Part shown: positions 38,557-49,678 of the stretch, piece after piece
Position numbering within the stretch: position 1 is the stretch's first letter
Layout of the letters: every line of letters starts with the position of its first letter
Assembly: GCA_030390025.1 (NCBI GenBank)
Contig: CM059432.1
Location: 39,744,001-39,808,000 of the forward strand
Direction: 5' to 3'
Source: Squalus acanthias
Taxonomy: Eukaryota
Length of the DNA: 64,000 nucleotides
Made by a program: the position numbers and the translations under genes
Notes under the pieces: generated by a model
What the model was told of the DNA's origin: nothing
Seen by the model: only the letters and a program-made list of their open reading frames with translations
Database searches by the model: none

Positions 38557-39960
38557 GTTCATTTCTTTTCTTTAATTCCACACAAGTTAACAGGAAGGAT
38601 GAAGTTTCTGGGTTGGTGTCTATTGACCAAGCCTCCCTCTTCCTGTTCATTAATGCCACAGCATTATGAAAGGGGCACATATTGGCCACGTGGGTTCTAT
38701 CAATGCACTTCTGGGAACTCAGCCATTATGCAAAGGTGAAGAGCCCTCTCCTGCTGATTTTCCTCATCCTTAGGAATATTTATAAAGTTGTTGGCCCTGG
38801 CAAATAATGCCTCATTTGCCTGCCTGATCTGGTATATGTCACCTGTGGCACCTTGAAAGAAGCCAATGGCATGCAAGTTCGAGGTAGTCGTGATTTTCAC
38901 CCCCACAGGCAGAGTAGTCCCAGTCGTAGAGGAGGTTTGGAGACCCCACTGCAGAGTCCGCAAAGTTCAATGACTGCCTTCGTAGTGAAATGTAAAAATG
39001 AAATGAAAAAGACACAGTTCCTCCAATATGTCCAGGAAACAGTGTTGTGGTATCTACAAATGGCTCAATAAAAACATAAGAACATAAGAAACATAAGACG
39101 TAGGAGCAGGAGGAGGCCAATCAGCCCCTCGAGCCTGCTCCGCCATTCAATAAGATCATGGCTGATCCAATCTTAGCCTCAACACCACTTTCCCACTCTC
39201 CCCATACCCCTTGATTGCCTTGTAGTTCAAATATCTGTCAAACTCGACCTTGAATATATTCAATGACTCCGCCTCCACAGCTCTCTGGGGTAGAGAATTC
39301 CAAAGATTCACGACCCTCTGAGAGAAGAAGTTCCTCCTCATCTCCGTCTTAAATGGGCGACACCTTATTCTGAAACTATACCCCCTATTTCTAGATACCC
39401 CCACTAGGGGAAACATCCTCTCAGCATCCACCCTGTCAATCCCCCTCAGAATCTTATGGGGGAAAAATTCAGTTGGTTTGCGCCTCCCGTTAGCGCGTAA
39501 GAGGGCGCTAATGGGGCGCAAAGCAACTAGCGCCCGGGCGCAGCGATATCTGCGCCTCTCACGAGATTGACCGGACATTTTGCGGCGGTGCTAAACAATA
39601 CCGCCCCAATCTCCTGTGCACGCAGATCTTGATGTCATTCGAGCGTGCAACGCCCTTCTGGCGCCCCGGAACAGAAATTGAGTGGTGCCCCCCTCCTTTC
39701 CACCTGGCGCAACCAACGACAGGTAGACTGGAACACTTCCCAGTCGCTGTGGGGCTGGGGGGGCGCTATTTAAAGGGGGCCTCTTCCTGTGGTAGACATT
39801 TTTGCACCACTCGTTCTGAGAGAGACAGAGAGATTCTGAGAGAGAGAGAAAGAAAGACTTCTGCATTGAGTCAATGCTGTGTGAAGTAGTTTTGGCTACT
39901 GAGCATAACTTTGCAGGTACTTTAGTTTTTGACCTTCATAACTTTGATTGCCAAGAGACT

Positions 39961-41124
39961 ATGGGGGCTGCACTAATTGGGGGCGTTGTCCTGTGCCAGC
40001 AGAATCGGAGGCCACAGAGACACAGAGAGAGAGTGGCAATCATGGCCAGACGGAGGAGGGCCAACAGGCCTCTGTACAGGAGACCTTACCCTCCCAGGGT
40101 ATTTCGGCAACAATTCTCCTACATTAATATGTCTGAGGAGCAGTGTTTGCGAAGGCTGCGCTTCAGCAAGGAGGTGGTCACTGAGCTCTGCCACCTGCTG
40201 CAGCCAGATCTGCAGCCTCAACTGAGGACCAGGACGTCTCTGTCGGTGGCAGTGAAGATCACAGTGGCTCTGAACTTTTATGCCACCGGCTCACTTCAAT
40301 CAGCTACTGGGGACATCGCCAATATCTCCCAGTTCGCGGTCCATTGCTGCATCCGTCAGGTCACAAATGCCCTCTTTAAAAGGAGACGAGAGTACATCTC
40401 TTTCCCCATAACCCCGGCCAAGCAGCATGAACGCGCAATGGGCTTTGTGAGGATAGCGGGCTTCCCCATGGTGCAGGACGCCATTGACTGCACGCATGTG
40501 GCTTTGCGTGCTCCGCATGAGAATGCAGAGGATTTCCGCAACCGAAAGGGGTTCCATTCCTTAAACGTGCAGTTGGTCTGTGACCACAGACAGCTGATAC
40601 TCGCTGTCAATGCCCACTATCCTGGCAGCAGCCACGATGCATTCATCCTGCGCCAGACTACTGTGGCAGAACTTTTCCAGGCACCGCATCACCCAGGTGG
40701 TTGGCTTCTCGGGGACAAGGAATATCCACTGTGCACTTGGCTGATGACACCGCTCCGTACGCCCAACACCCCTGCTGAGCTGCGGTACAACGAGAGCCAT
40801 CTTGCTACCAGGAACATCGTTGAGCACACAATCGGCATGCTCAAGCAACGGTTCCGCTGTCTGGACCATTCTGGAGGAGCCCTGCAGTACTCGCCTGAGC
40901 GAGTCTCCCTCTTCGTAGTTGTGTGCTGCATGCTGCATAACCTGGCAATCCTCAGGACCCAGCCAATGCCACCAGGCCTTGGCGCACCACCAGAGGAAGA
41001 GGAGGAGGAAGAGGAGGAGGAAGAGGAGGAGGATGATCATCAGCAGCACCAAGGCGGGAGGGAGGCACACAATGTAGAAACTGGAAGGGCCGTCCGTCAA
41101 CGTCTGATAACAAGCCGCTTCTAG
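39961..41124 (+). CDS. Harbinger DDE transposase (HARBI1-like family), 387 aa from ATG 39961
   Basis: AIDCTH, NRKGFHSLNVQLVCD, YPGSSHDAFIL, WLLGDKEYP, RNIVEHTIGMLKQRFRCL, CCMLHNL, poly-E tail; no stops. Confidence 0.93.
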   Translation: MGAALIGGVVLCQQNRRPQRHRERVAIMARRRRANRPLYRRPYPPRVFRQQFSYINMSEEQCLRRLRFSKEVVTELCHLLQPDLQPQLRTRTSLSVAVKITVALNFYATGSLQSATGDIANISQFAVHCCIRQVTNALFKRRREYISFPITPAKQHERAMGFVRIAGFPMVQDAIDCTHVALRAPHENAEDFRNRKGFHSLNVQLVCDHRQLILAVNAHYPGSSHDAFILRQTTVAELFQAPHHPGGWLLGDKEYPLCTWLMTPLRTPNTPAELRYNESHLATRNIVEHTIGMLKQRFRCLDHSGGALQYSPERVSLFVVVCCMLHNLAILRTQPMPPGLGAPPEEEEEEEEEEEEEDDHQQHQGGREAHNVETGRAVRQRLITSRF

Positions 41125-41435
41125 GCCCCTGCTGAGGAAATGGCTTCTGCCATTGAGAACAACATGAATGAAACCAACCCGCAACCCCTAAGCATGCCAA
41201 GGCAGCAATGATTCCAAAGACCAAACATGTACATTTTGAATACAGAAACTTATTTATTTTACAAACTCTGTGTGTGTCATTTCCTCATGACAAACTAATA
41301 GAAAGAAACACAAAAAAACAGTCATTAACATAACTGGTTCTCACAACCTGGAGATAATGTCCAAAACACTAAACAAAAGTTTGACCACGAACCTCGGCCT
41401 TTAATAAAAAAATGACCAACATTTTGTCACACCTC

Positions 41436-43309
41436 CTACTTTTTGCCCTTCGAGGGTGATCTCCTTCCCTTGCGTACTTCCCCCCTTCCCACCCTACTGC
41501 TCCTCCGTAATGGGACCCCAGTGGCTGCAGCAAGGCAGGTGGAAGGCTGCTGATTGTCAGAACCTGAGACTGCAGATGCCCTTGAAGGATGGCCTCGACC
41601 AGCTCTGGGCCTGGAGGGCCCGGCTGCAGACTGCACCAACTCTGCATGGGCGGCAGCAGTCTGTACTACAGGCAGTGGCAAGTGCAGTGGAGAAGTGACA
41701 GTGGCGGCAGCAGGAATGCTGTCATCTTGAGAGAGGACAGCAACTCCCTGCTCGACCAACACACTGGCACTCCCACGGGGCAGCACTTCAGCATCCGGAG
41801 CAATCTGCTGGAGCACAGATTGCTGGCCTGCTGCGGCGCGGTGAGCGCCCCGGGGAAATGTGTCCGAACCAGCGAGGATGGCAGCAGTCAGTGCTTGCGT
41901 GGCCTCAATCTGAGTCTGCATGAGAGCAGTCAGAGATGGGGTCATGGCAGCCAGTGACTGAATTGCAGCACTAAACATTTGCGTGGCATCCGCCTGTGCT
42001 ACAGCAAAGTGCTCCACACTCCTTGCCAGTGATTCAATGCATTCGGGCACCCTTCCCACTGCACCCATGAGCTCAGTGTGCATGTCCACCGCCTGGGTGT
42101 TCATTTCAGTGATCAGCCGCTCCTCCTCTGCGTCCAGTGCAGTAGGACTCGCTGGCATACTTTCCCTCCGGGGAGAAGGCCCCCGAGCTTCCCTACTCCC
42201 ATCACGTTGCTGCAGCCCGCTGGGTCCTGGAGCTTCACCCTCATCAGACCCTTCCCCCCTTCTCCCCTCCAGGGAAGGTGTGTTCCCAGTGTGGGCATGG
42301 GCTTGCTCGGGAGAGGGTGGCGTTGATGCTCCGGCTTCATTTTCCTCCTCGCCTGCAGCTTCACTCCCACTGGCAGCTTGAGGGCCCGTCTCCTCAGCTG
42401 GTGAATCACCATCTGAAAGCAGGGAGGTACAAGAGTGGCTTTAGCGTGAGGACAGGGGGGCAGTAAGGGAGGAATGAGTGCAGCGATTTAGTAAGTTGGA
42501 TTGAAAGTGTCAAAGGCTGGTGTTGTGAGGGACAAGTGGAAGGACAGAGGACAAAAAGGTGATGACCTTACCATTACTGTCCAGAACAGGGTCGGCGTCT
42601 TCTGGGGCGACGGGACCGATCACCCGGCTTGCCACAATCCTCTGGGCGCACGCCTCAAGATCGCTGAGGGTTTGCAGCTGAGGCCGCCCTCCACCCGTCC
42701 GTTGCTGCTGTCTCCTATTATGAGATAGCTTGGCCTGCAAGAAAAAGGACGGCGTCTGAGTAAATATACAGCCATGGTCTTGCCTGATGTGCCTCCCATA
42801 GGTGAATAGTCATTACTGTATGCAGCCATGGTCTTGCCTGATGTGCCTCCCATAGGTGAATAGCCATTACTGTATGCAGCCATGGTCTTGCCTGATGTGC
42901 CTCCCATAGATAAATAGCCATTACTATATGCAAAGTGCGGAATGTGCATGTGTGTTTCATGAGAGGGCCATAGGTGTTGGATGAGTGTTGGGCATTGGGG
43001 TTTTAAGACCCTCTGGCCATAGAGTGAGGTTGAGATGGAGGGATGGAGAGGTATTGAAAAAAAGCCACTCACCCTGACGACCCGAGTGAGGTCGTTGAAC
43101 TTCTTTCTACATTGTATATGGGTCCTGGGCACCATGCTCCTGGAGGAGACGCTCTGAGCCACCTCCCTCCACACTCTTCTGTACTCGCACGGTAAAGGCC
43201 TCCTGCCACTCTCTGGGTACAGTATTGATCTTCTGCGCTCCACCGCACCAACCAGAGTCTCCAAGGCCCGCTCGTTGAAGCGCTGTGCTCGCTCCCTGGC
43301 CCTCTCCAT
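41436..43309 (-). CDS. Harbinger Myb/SANT-like DNA-binding protein; 3 exons 43309-43073, 42734-42572, 42412-41436 (458 aa predicted)
   Basis: Exon 1 RFNERALETLV..WREVAQSV..RTHIQCRKKFNDL; donors GTGAGT and GTAAGG; acceptors ttcttgcAG and ctttcAG; splice phases 0 and 1 give one open frame ending in a basic tail. Confidence 0.85.
42769..42930. repeat. 54-bp minisatellite x3 in intron 1 of the Myb-like gene
   Basis: cagccatggtcttgcctgatgtgcctcccata... starts at 42769, 42823 and 42877. Confidence 0.9.
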
Positions 43310-46229
43310 AGTCCTTGGCTGCAAGATTTAGCTACAGGTCTCTCCAGGCCGAGATTCAAGGCTCCAATGAGCAGGGTGTGGCTGGAGAGCAAGATCGAGC
43401 CTCCCCTTTAAGAACTGGCCGGCGCCAGTGTGTCTGTGTTCCATCGCTAACTGACAACACCTGCACTGCTCCCGCGCTCTGAGTTAGCGCCTCGCTCCTC
43501 GGCCTTTGCGCCTTAAGACAGGTGTGTAGCGCCTGATTTAGCGCTCCAATCAACTCCAGGGCGATAAAAGCCAAGTTTGCAGTCAGAGGCGATAATTAGC
43601 GCCAGGCGCTAAACTTTGTGGCCGGCCGATAATCGTGCCCCAAACGGGGCGATACTGAATTTTTCCCCCTATATGTTTCAATAAGATCACCTCTCATTCT
43701 TCTAAACTCCAATGAGTATAGGCCCAACCTGCTCAACCTTTTATCATACGTCAACCCCTTCATCCCAGGAATCAACCTCGTGAACCTTCTCTGCACTGCC
43801 TCCAGTGTAAGTATATCCTTTCTTAAATATGGAGACCAAAACTGTACGCAATACTCCAGGTGCGGTCGCACCAGCGCCCTGCAATGTTACATCAAAACTT
43901 CCCTACTTTTATACTCCATACCCTTTGCAATAAAGGCCAACATTCCATTAGCCTTCCTAATTACTTGCTGTACCTTCATGCTAACTTTTTGTGTTTCACG
44001 TACTAGAACCCCCAGATACCTTTGTACCGCAGCATTTTGTAGTCTCACTCCATTTAATAATAATTTGCTTTTTCATTCTTCCTTCCAAAGTGGATAACCT
44101 CACATTTTTCCACATTATACTCCATCTGCCAAATTTTTGCCCACTCACTTAACCTATCTATATCCCTTTGCAGACTCTTTGTGTCCTCCTCACAACTTGC
44201 TAATCCACCTATCTTTGTATCATCAGCATATTTGGCTACAGTACACTCGGTCCCTTCATCCAAGTCATTAATATAGATTGTAAATAGTTGAGGCCCCAGC
44301 ACTGATCCCTGCGGCACCCCACTAGTTACTGATTGCCAACCGGAAAATGATCCGTTTATCCCGACTCACTGTTTTCTGTTAGTTAGCCAATCCCCTATCC
44401 ATGCCAATATATTACCCCCAACCCCGTGTGCTCTTATCTTGTGCAGTAACCTTTTATGTGGCACCTTATCGAATGCCTTCTGGAAATCCAAATACACTAC
44501 ATCTACTGGTTCCCCTTTATCCACCCTGTTTGTTACATCCTCAAAGAACTCTAGCAAATTTGTCAAACACGATTTCCCTTTCATAAAACCATGTTGACTC
44601 TGCTTGATTGTCTTAAGATTTTCTAAATGTCCTGCTATTACCTCCTTAATAACGGATTCCAGCATTTTCCCAATGACAGATGTTAGGCTAACTGGCCTAT
44701 AGTTTCCTGCTTTCTGTCTCCTTCCTTTCTTGAATAGTGGCATTACATTTGCAGTTTTCCAATCCGCTGGGACCTCTCCAGAATCCAGGGAATTTTGGTA
44801 GATTACAACTAATGCATCCACTATCTCTGCAGCCTCTTCTTTTAAGACCCTAGGATGCAGGCCATCAGGCCCAGAGGACTTGTCGGCCTTTAGCCCCATT
44901 AGTTTGCCTAGTACTTTTTCTCTAGTGATAGAGATTGTTTTAAGTTCCTCCCTCCCTATAGCCCCTTGATTATCTATTATTATTGGGATGTTTTTAGTGT
45001 CTTCTACCATGAAGACCAATCCAAAATAATTGTTTAGAGTCTCTGCCATTTCTCTATTTCCCATTATTAATTCCCCAGTCTCATCCTCTAAGAGACCAAC
45101 GTTTACTTTAGCTACTCTCTTCCTTTTTATGTACCTGTAGAAGCTCTTACTGTCTGTTTTTATATTATTTGCTAGTTTACTCTTATACTCTATCTTCTCC
45201 CTCTTTATAATTTTTTAGTCATCCTTTGCTGGTTTCTAAAAATTTCCCAATCCTCTGGCCTACCACTAATCTTCGCAACATTGTATGGCTTTTCTTTCAA
45301 TTTGATACCATCCTTAACTTCCATAGGCAGGCATGGATCCACTGAACCCTCCTCCAATGTTGGTGTGCCTGCTTCTGCTCCTGGCTATAAATTCCCCATT
45401 AGCCTCCATCTCCCTCAGGACAAGGGGAATTTCAAAAGGAAACTCCAGCACATGATGAGGATCTGGGTTCCAGCCTAGTTTCTAGCTGTTCCCAGAGAAA
45501 AGGAGGAGTATGATTGAATGACTGTGGATTTTCGAAGCCAAGTTAGTTTATCCTGCAATAGAACAATGTGATATCATCCCATAGTAACAAAGTAGCTTGG
45601 ATTTTACTCTAGGGGAGTTGGGGCAGGACTTCTATCTGCCACATGAGCCCTGCTGTGACCCCTGGATCAGGGGTCATGAGTGATGCAAGAAAAGGCCCTG
45701 ATGGGAACCCCACTCAATTCTAATGGTGTTGCAGCCATACTACTGCCTGAGGAGGCAAAACAAGTTAAAGGAGGTAGAAGAGCCCCAAAGATGCAGGCAG
45801 TTTTTGGATCCAAAGCCTAAAAAGGTAAGAGTATGCAACCTAATGGGATAGATAGGTGCCCAATATGCTCCCTCTCTCCCATAAGTGGCACCACAGGGCC
45901 TTTTGTCACTGCCGTGAAGATTACCAGGACCACCCTCCTGGCAGTCCCTGTGGGCAATGGTGGCATGGGCGGAAGGGAGGAAAGTGGGTCAGCTTTTTGG
46001 GTCCTATCTGCCCACTATAACACGGGTCAGATAGGGAAAGGAGCAGGGTGGCAGAAGATAACCTGTCAAAAATGATCTCCCTAAAGCAGCTGTGGAAGTA
46101 AGTTTGAAACTTGATTTTTTTTGTGCTGCTGAAGTGATTAAAATTAGCCATGATGGGAATCCAATAAAACAGGAGTGTTCTGTGTATTAAAAATGACTTA
46201 TTTGGAACTCAAAAATAAACCTTTCAATA

Positions 46230-47045
46230 CAAGAACATAAGAAACAGGAGCAAGACTAGGATATAGGGCTCCTAAAGCCTGCTCCACCATTCAATAAGAT
46301 CACAGCTCAACTTTTACATCAACTCCACTTTCCCGGCCTATCCCCGTATCTCTTGGTTCCCTTAGTGCCCAAAAGTCTATCGATCTCAGCCTTGAATATA
46401 CTCAATGACAGACATACACAGCCCTCTAGGGTAGAGAATTCCAAAGATTCACACTCCTCTGCGTGAAGAAATTTCTCCTCATCTCTGGATGAGTGCAGCT
46501 CCAACAACACTCAAGAAGCTCGACACCATTCAGGACAAAGCAGCCCGTTTGATTTGGCACCCATCCACCACCTTAAACGTTCACTCTCTCCACCACCGGC
46601 GTACCGTGGCTGCAATGTGTACCATCTACAAGATGCACTGCAGCAACTCGCCAAGGCTTCTTCGGCAGCACCTCCCAAATCCGCGGCCTCTGCCACCTAG
46701 AAGGACAAGGGCAGCAGGCACATGGGAACACCACCACCTCCAAGTTCCTCTCCAAGTCACACACCATCCTGACTTAGAAGTATATTGCCGATCCTTCATC
46801 ATCGTTGGGTCAAAATCCTGGAACTCCCTCCCTAACAGCACTGTGGGAGTACCTTCACCACACGGACTGCAGTGGTTCAAGAAGGCGGCTCACCACCACC
46901 TTCTCCAAGGGCAATTAGGGATGGGCAATAAATGCTGGCCTTGCCAGCGACGCCCACATCCCATAAAACGAATCAAAAAGAAAAGTCCTAAACGGCCGAC
47001 CCCTTATCCTGAGATTATGACCCCTGGTTGTAGACTCTCGAGCCA
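46230..47045 (-). mobile_element. CR1 3' fragment with a nested LINE family B 3' end (+, 46486-46984)
   Basis: CR1 breaks at ctcatctc and resumes gtcctaaacggccgacc; the insert encodes MSAAPTTLKKLDTIQ and ends in an A-rich tail. Confidence 0.85.
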
Positions 47046-48312
47046 TATAGAAGAGATAACTAATTCATTTCCGGGCCTTAACTGAACCTATGTTGTTAAG
47101 TTGCTATAATTACTGAAGCTGATATGAAACTACATTTTTACCTATTGACTTCTGTACTTTGTATTCTTGAGGCTTATAGCATGCAATCTTGGGCTTGGTT
47201 TTGGTTTTCACTGACATTGCTAGGACTGTAGAAATGTATAACAGCCACCCAGTCCATTCTGATAAACAATAGTTTTTACCATAAAGTTTAGACAAATAAA
47301 AAAGAATATAAATAGAGATACACAAGTGGGAAATGACTCTTTAATCCTTCCTACTGAATGCAGTGGGTCCAGAATCTAAGGCAGAAAATTAACAACTTTC
47401 TAAACAAACTAAAAGACATTTCTTAGTTGCAGAAACAAGATGTAACTACAGGTAACTTTCCTACAGTTATAGTAAGATCAGATTTTTAAAGGCTTTTTTT
47501 TTTAAAGATTATGGACAAAACTAGCCGTGTCAAACGCACAATTACAGAATAAAGCAGCATATAAGTCAGTTATAATGAATAAATCAATAATTCATTATAA
47601 CTGAATATTAAAACTTTAAGACTAGCTTTAATTACTGGTATTGAATCTGCCTACGCAGGTGTAGATATAATTGGGCTGATTTTGCCTACCAGCAGTGGCA
47701 GAGAATGGGTGCACCCTTTCCTGCACGATTGTGATCTCCATGGTTAACAAACCAGACAATAAGTGCGCATTCAACTTTAATACAAAAAATGGCAAATCAC
47801 AAACCAGCCTCTATGAATAACTGCAAGCAAAGTAAGTGCTCTTTGAACGTGACATGATCAATGGGCAGATACAACCAAATAATCATCCTACCGTTTCCTA
47901 ACACCATGCATCCCAGTATTGCCGAGACATGCCTTTCTATCACCTATTCGAGTGCTGCGTCTAACAGTGCCCTGAGGGCCAGGACAGTGGGAAGTGATGG
48001 GCTTCTGATGCTGGACTGAAGGGCAATGGGACAGAGGTGGCTCTCAGCTCACAACAACTGGCTCCTGGCACAGTGTTATCTCTGGAGGGAGCTTTTAGAC
48101 AGCCTAGCTTTGCCTGCAAATTCCGCTGGCATGGTTCTGAGAGGGAAGGCCCTCACAAGTCCTGCCTCTTGCAGCTGTTTGCAAGACAGCATCATCAGGC
48201 ACTTAGACTGCAACCGCCACCCTTCCACTTGAACCTGGATCTGTGGCCCCAGTCATCAGCTAGATGGCTGGTTTAATGGCAGCCACCAAATCTTGGATGC
48301 CTTAAGTCACTG

Positions 48313-49050
48313 AATCATGGCTGATCATCTACCTCATCTCCACTTTCCTGAACTATCCCCATATCCCTTGATTCCCTTAATATTCAAAAATCTATCGATC
48401 GCTGTCTTGAATATACTCAACGACTGAGCCTCCACAGCCCTCTGGGGTAGAGAATTCCAAAGATTCACTACCTCCGAGTGAAGAAATTTCACCTCATCTC
48501 AGTCCTAAATGGCCGACCCCTTATTCTGAGACTGTGACCCCTGGTTCTAGACTCCACAGCCAGGGGAAACATCCTCCCTACATCTACCCTGTCAGCCCTG
48601 TAAGAATTGTGTTTGTTTCAATGAGATCACATCTCATTCTTCTAAACGCTAGAGAATATAGGCCTAGTCTACTCATTCTCTCCTCATAGGACAATCCCCC
48701 CCATCCCAGGAACCAGTCTGGTGAACCTTCATTGCACTCCCTCTATGGCAAGCATATCCTTCCTTAGGTAAGGAGATCAAAACTGTACACAATACTCCAG
48801 GTGTGATCTCACCAGGGCCCTATATAATTGCAGTAAGACGTCTTTACTCTTGTACTCAAATCCTCTTGTAATAAAGGCCAACATACTATTTGCTTTCCTA
48901 ATTACTTGCTGTACCTGCATGTTAACTTTCAGTGATTCGTGTACAAGGACACCCAGGTCCCTCTGAACACCAACATTTCCCAATCTCTCACCATTTAAAA
49001 AATACTCTGCTTTTCTATTTTTCCTACCAAAGTGGATAACTTCACATATC
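48313..49050 (-). mobile_element. CR1 3' fragment
   Basis: [26 protein letters not shown]. Confidence 0.85.
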
Positions 49051-49051
49051 T

Positions 49052-49678
49052 CCACCACCTTCTCAAGGGCAATTAAGGATGGGCAATAAATGCTGGCCTT
49101 GCCAGCGACACCCACATCCCGTGATAGAATGACTAAAAAAATATCTGGTCATTTCTCCTCAGAGCCTAAGTAGAAGGCAGCCAAGGACTTCAAAGTACTG
49201 GGCCCAGACTTCATGGGTACTCGCGTCAAAAGACACATGTCTTTTGAGAGATGACACCAATGATTCAATCTGTGCTTTCATGGAGGTGGTGGTCCCGACT
49301 GGTCCCTGGCAGCCTCTTACCTGGGGATCTACTGCAGATCTCAATGAAACTGCCACTTGCTGTATCGGTTCTTACACAACTGACAATGCCTCCATGATGT
49401 TGCCACCAATCAGAGTTGTGAGCCACACCTGTGAGTTGCTGCGAATCTCATCACCCCAGGGCACTAATGTACCTCTCATCTCTCAAAAGACATGTGTCTT
49501 TTGACGCGAGTACCCATGAAGTCAGGGCCCAGTATTTTGAAGTCCTTGGCTGCCTTCTACTTAGGCTCTGAGGAGAAATGACCAGACATTCTTTTAGTCA
49601 TTCTATCATGGGATGTGGGCATCGCTGGCAAGGCCAGCATTTATCGCCCATCCTTAATTGCCCTTGAGAAGATGGTGG
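49052..49678. repeat. Long inverted repeat: 203-bp arms (49052-49254 and 49476-49678) with a 221-bp spacer
   Basis: Arms are near-perfect reverse complements, read directly. Confidence 0.92.

Larger units (their letters stand above)
31580..39070 (-). pseudogene. Decayed Harbinger element: fragmented transposase (-) at ~38700-39050, ~36170-36545 and ~32800-32885; probable convergent Myb-like last exon (+) at ~31585-32560
   Basis: Peptides TLPVGVKITT..FFQGATGDI, CDH..QVDARYPGNCHDAFILQQSTV and an acidic tail (DEDVGNEAEPQ), interrupted by LTR, SINE and LINE insertions. Confidence 0.65.
39458..43669 (+). mobile_element. Full-length, apparently autonomous PIF/Harbinger DNA transposon (4212 bp)
   Basis: Perfect 16-bp TIR GGGGGAAAAATTCAGT/ACTGAATTTTTCCCCC, TSD TAT, convergent transposase and Myb/SANT-like genes. 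Confidence 0.95.
39073..45325 (-). mobile_element. CR1 LINE (5'-truncated) hosting the Harbinger transposon
   Basis: (CATAAGAA) tail at 39075-39097; RT peptides; sequence is continuous across 39457/43670 after removing the insertion. Confidence 0.9.

Noticed and set aside
39874..41124. Host HARBI1 gene
   Set aside because: Flanked by TIRs and a TSD, paired with a Myb-like gene and inserted in a CR1, so it is a transposon rather than the domesticated gene
42769..42930. Regularly spaced repeats suggestive of a CRISPR array
   Set aside because: Head-to-tail 54-bp units with no unique spacers, no cas genes, and located in a eukaryotic intron
42620..43324. 234-aa single-exon Myb ORF with MGGTSGKT repeats
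   Set aside because: Read-through of intron 1; the spliced 3-exon model fits better
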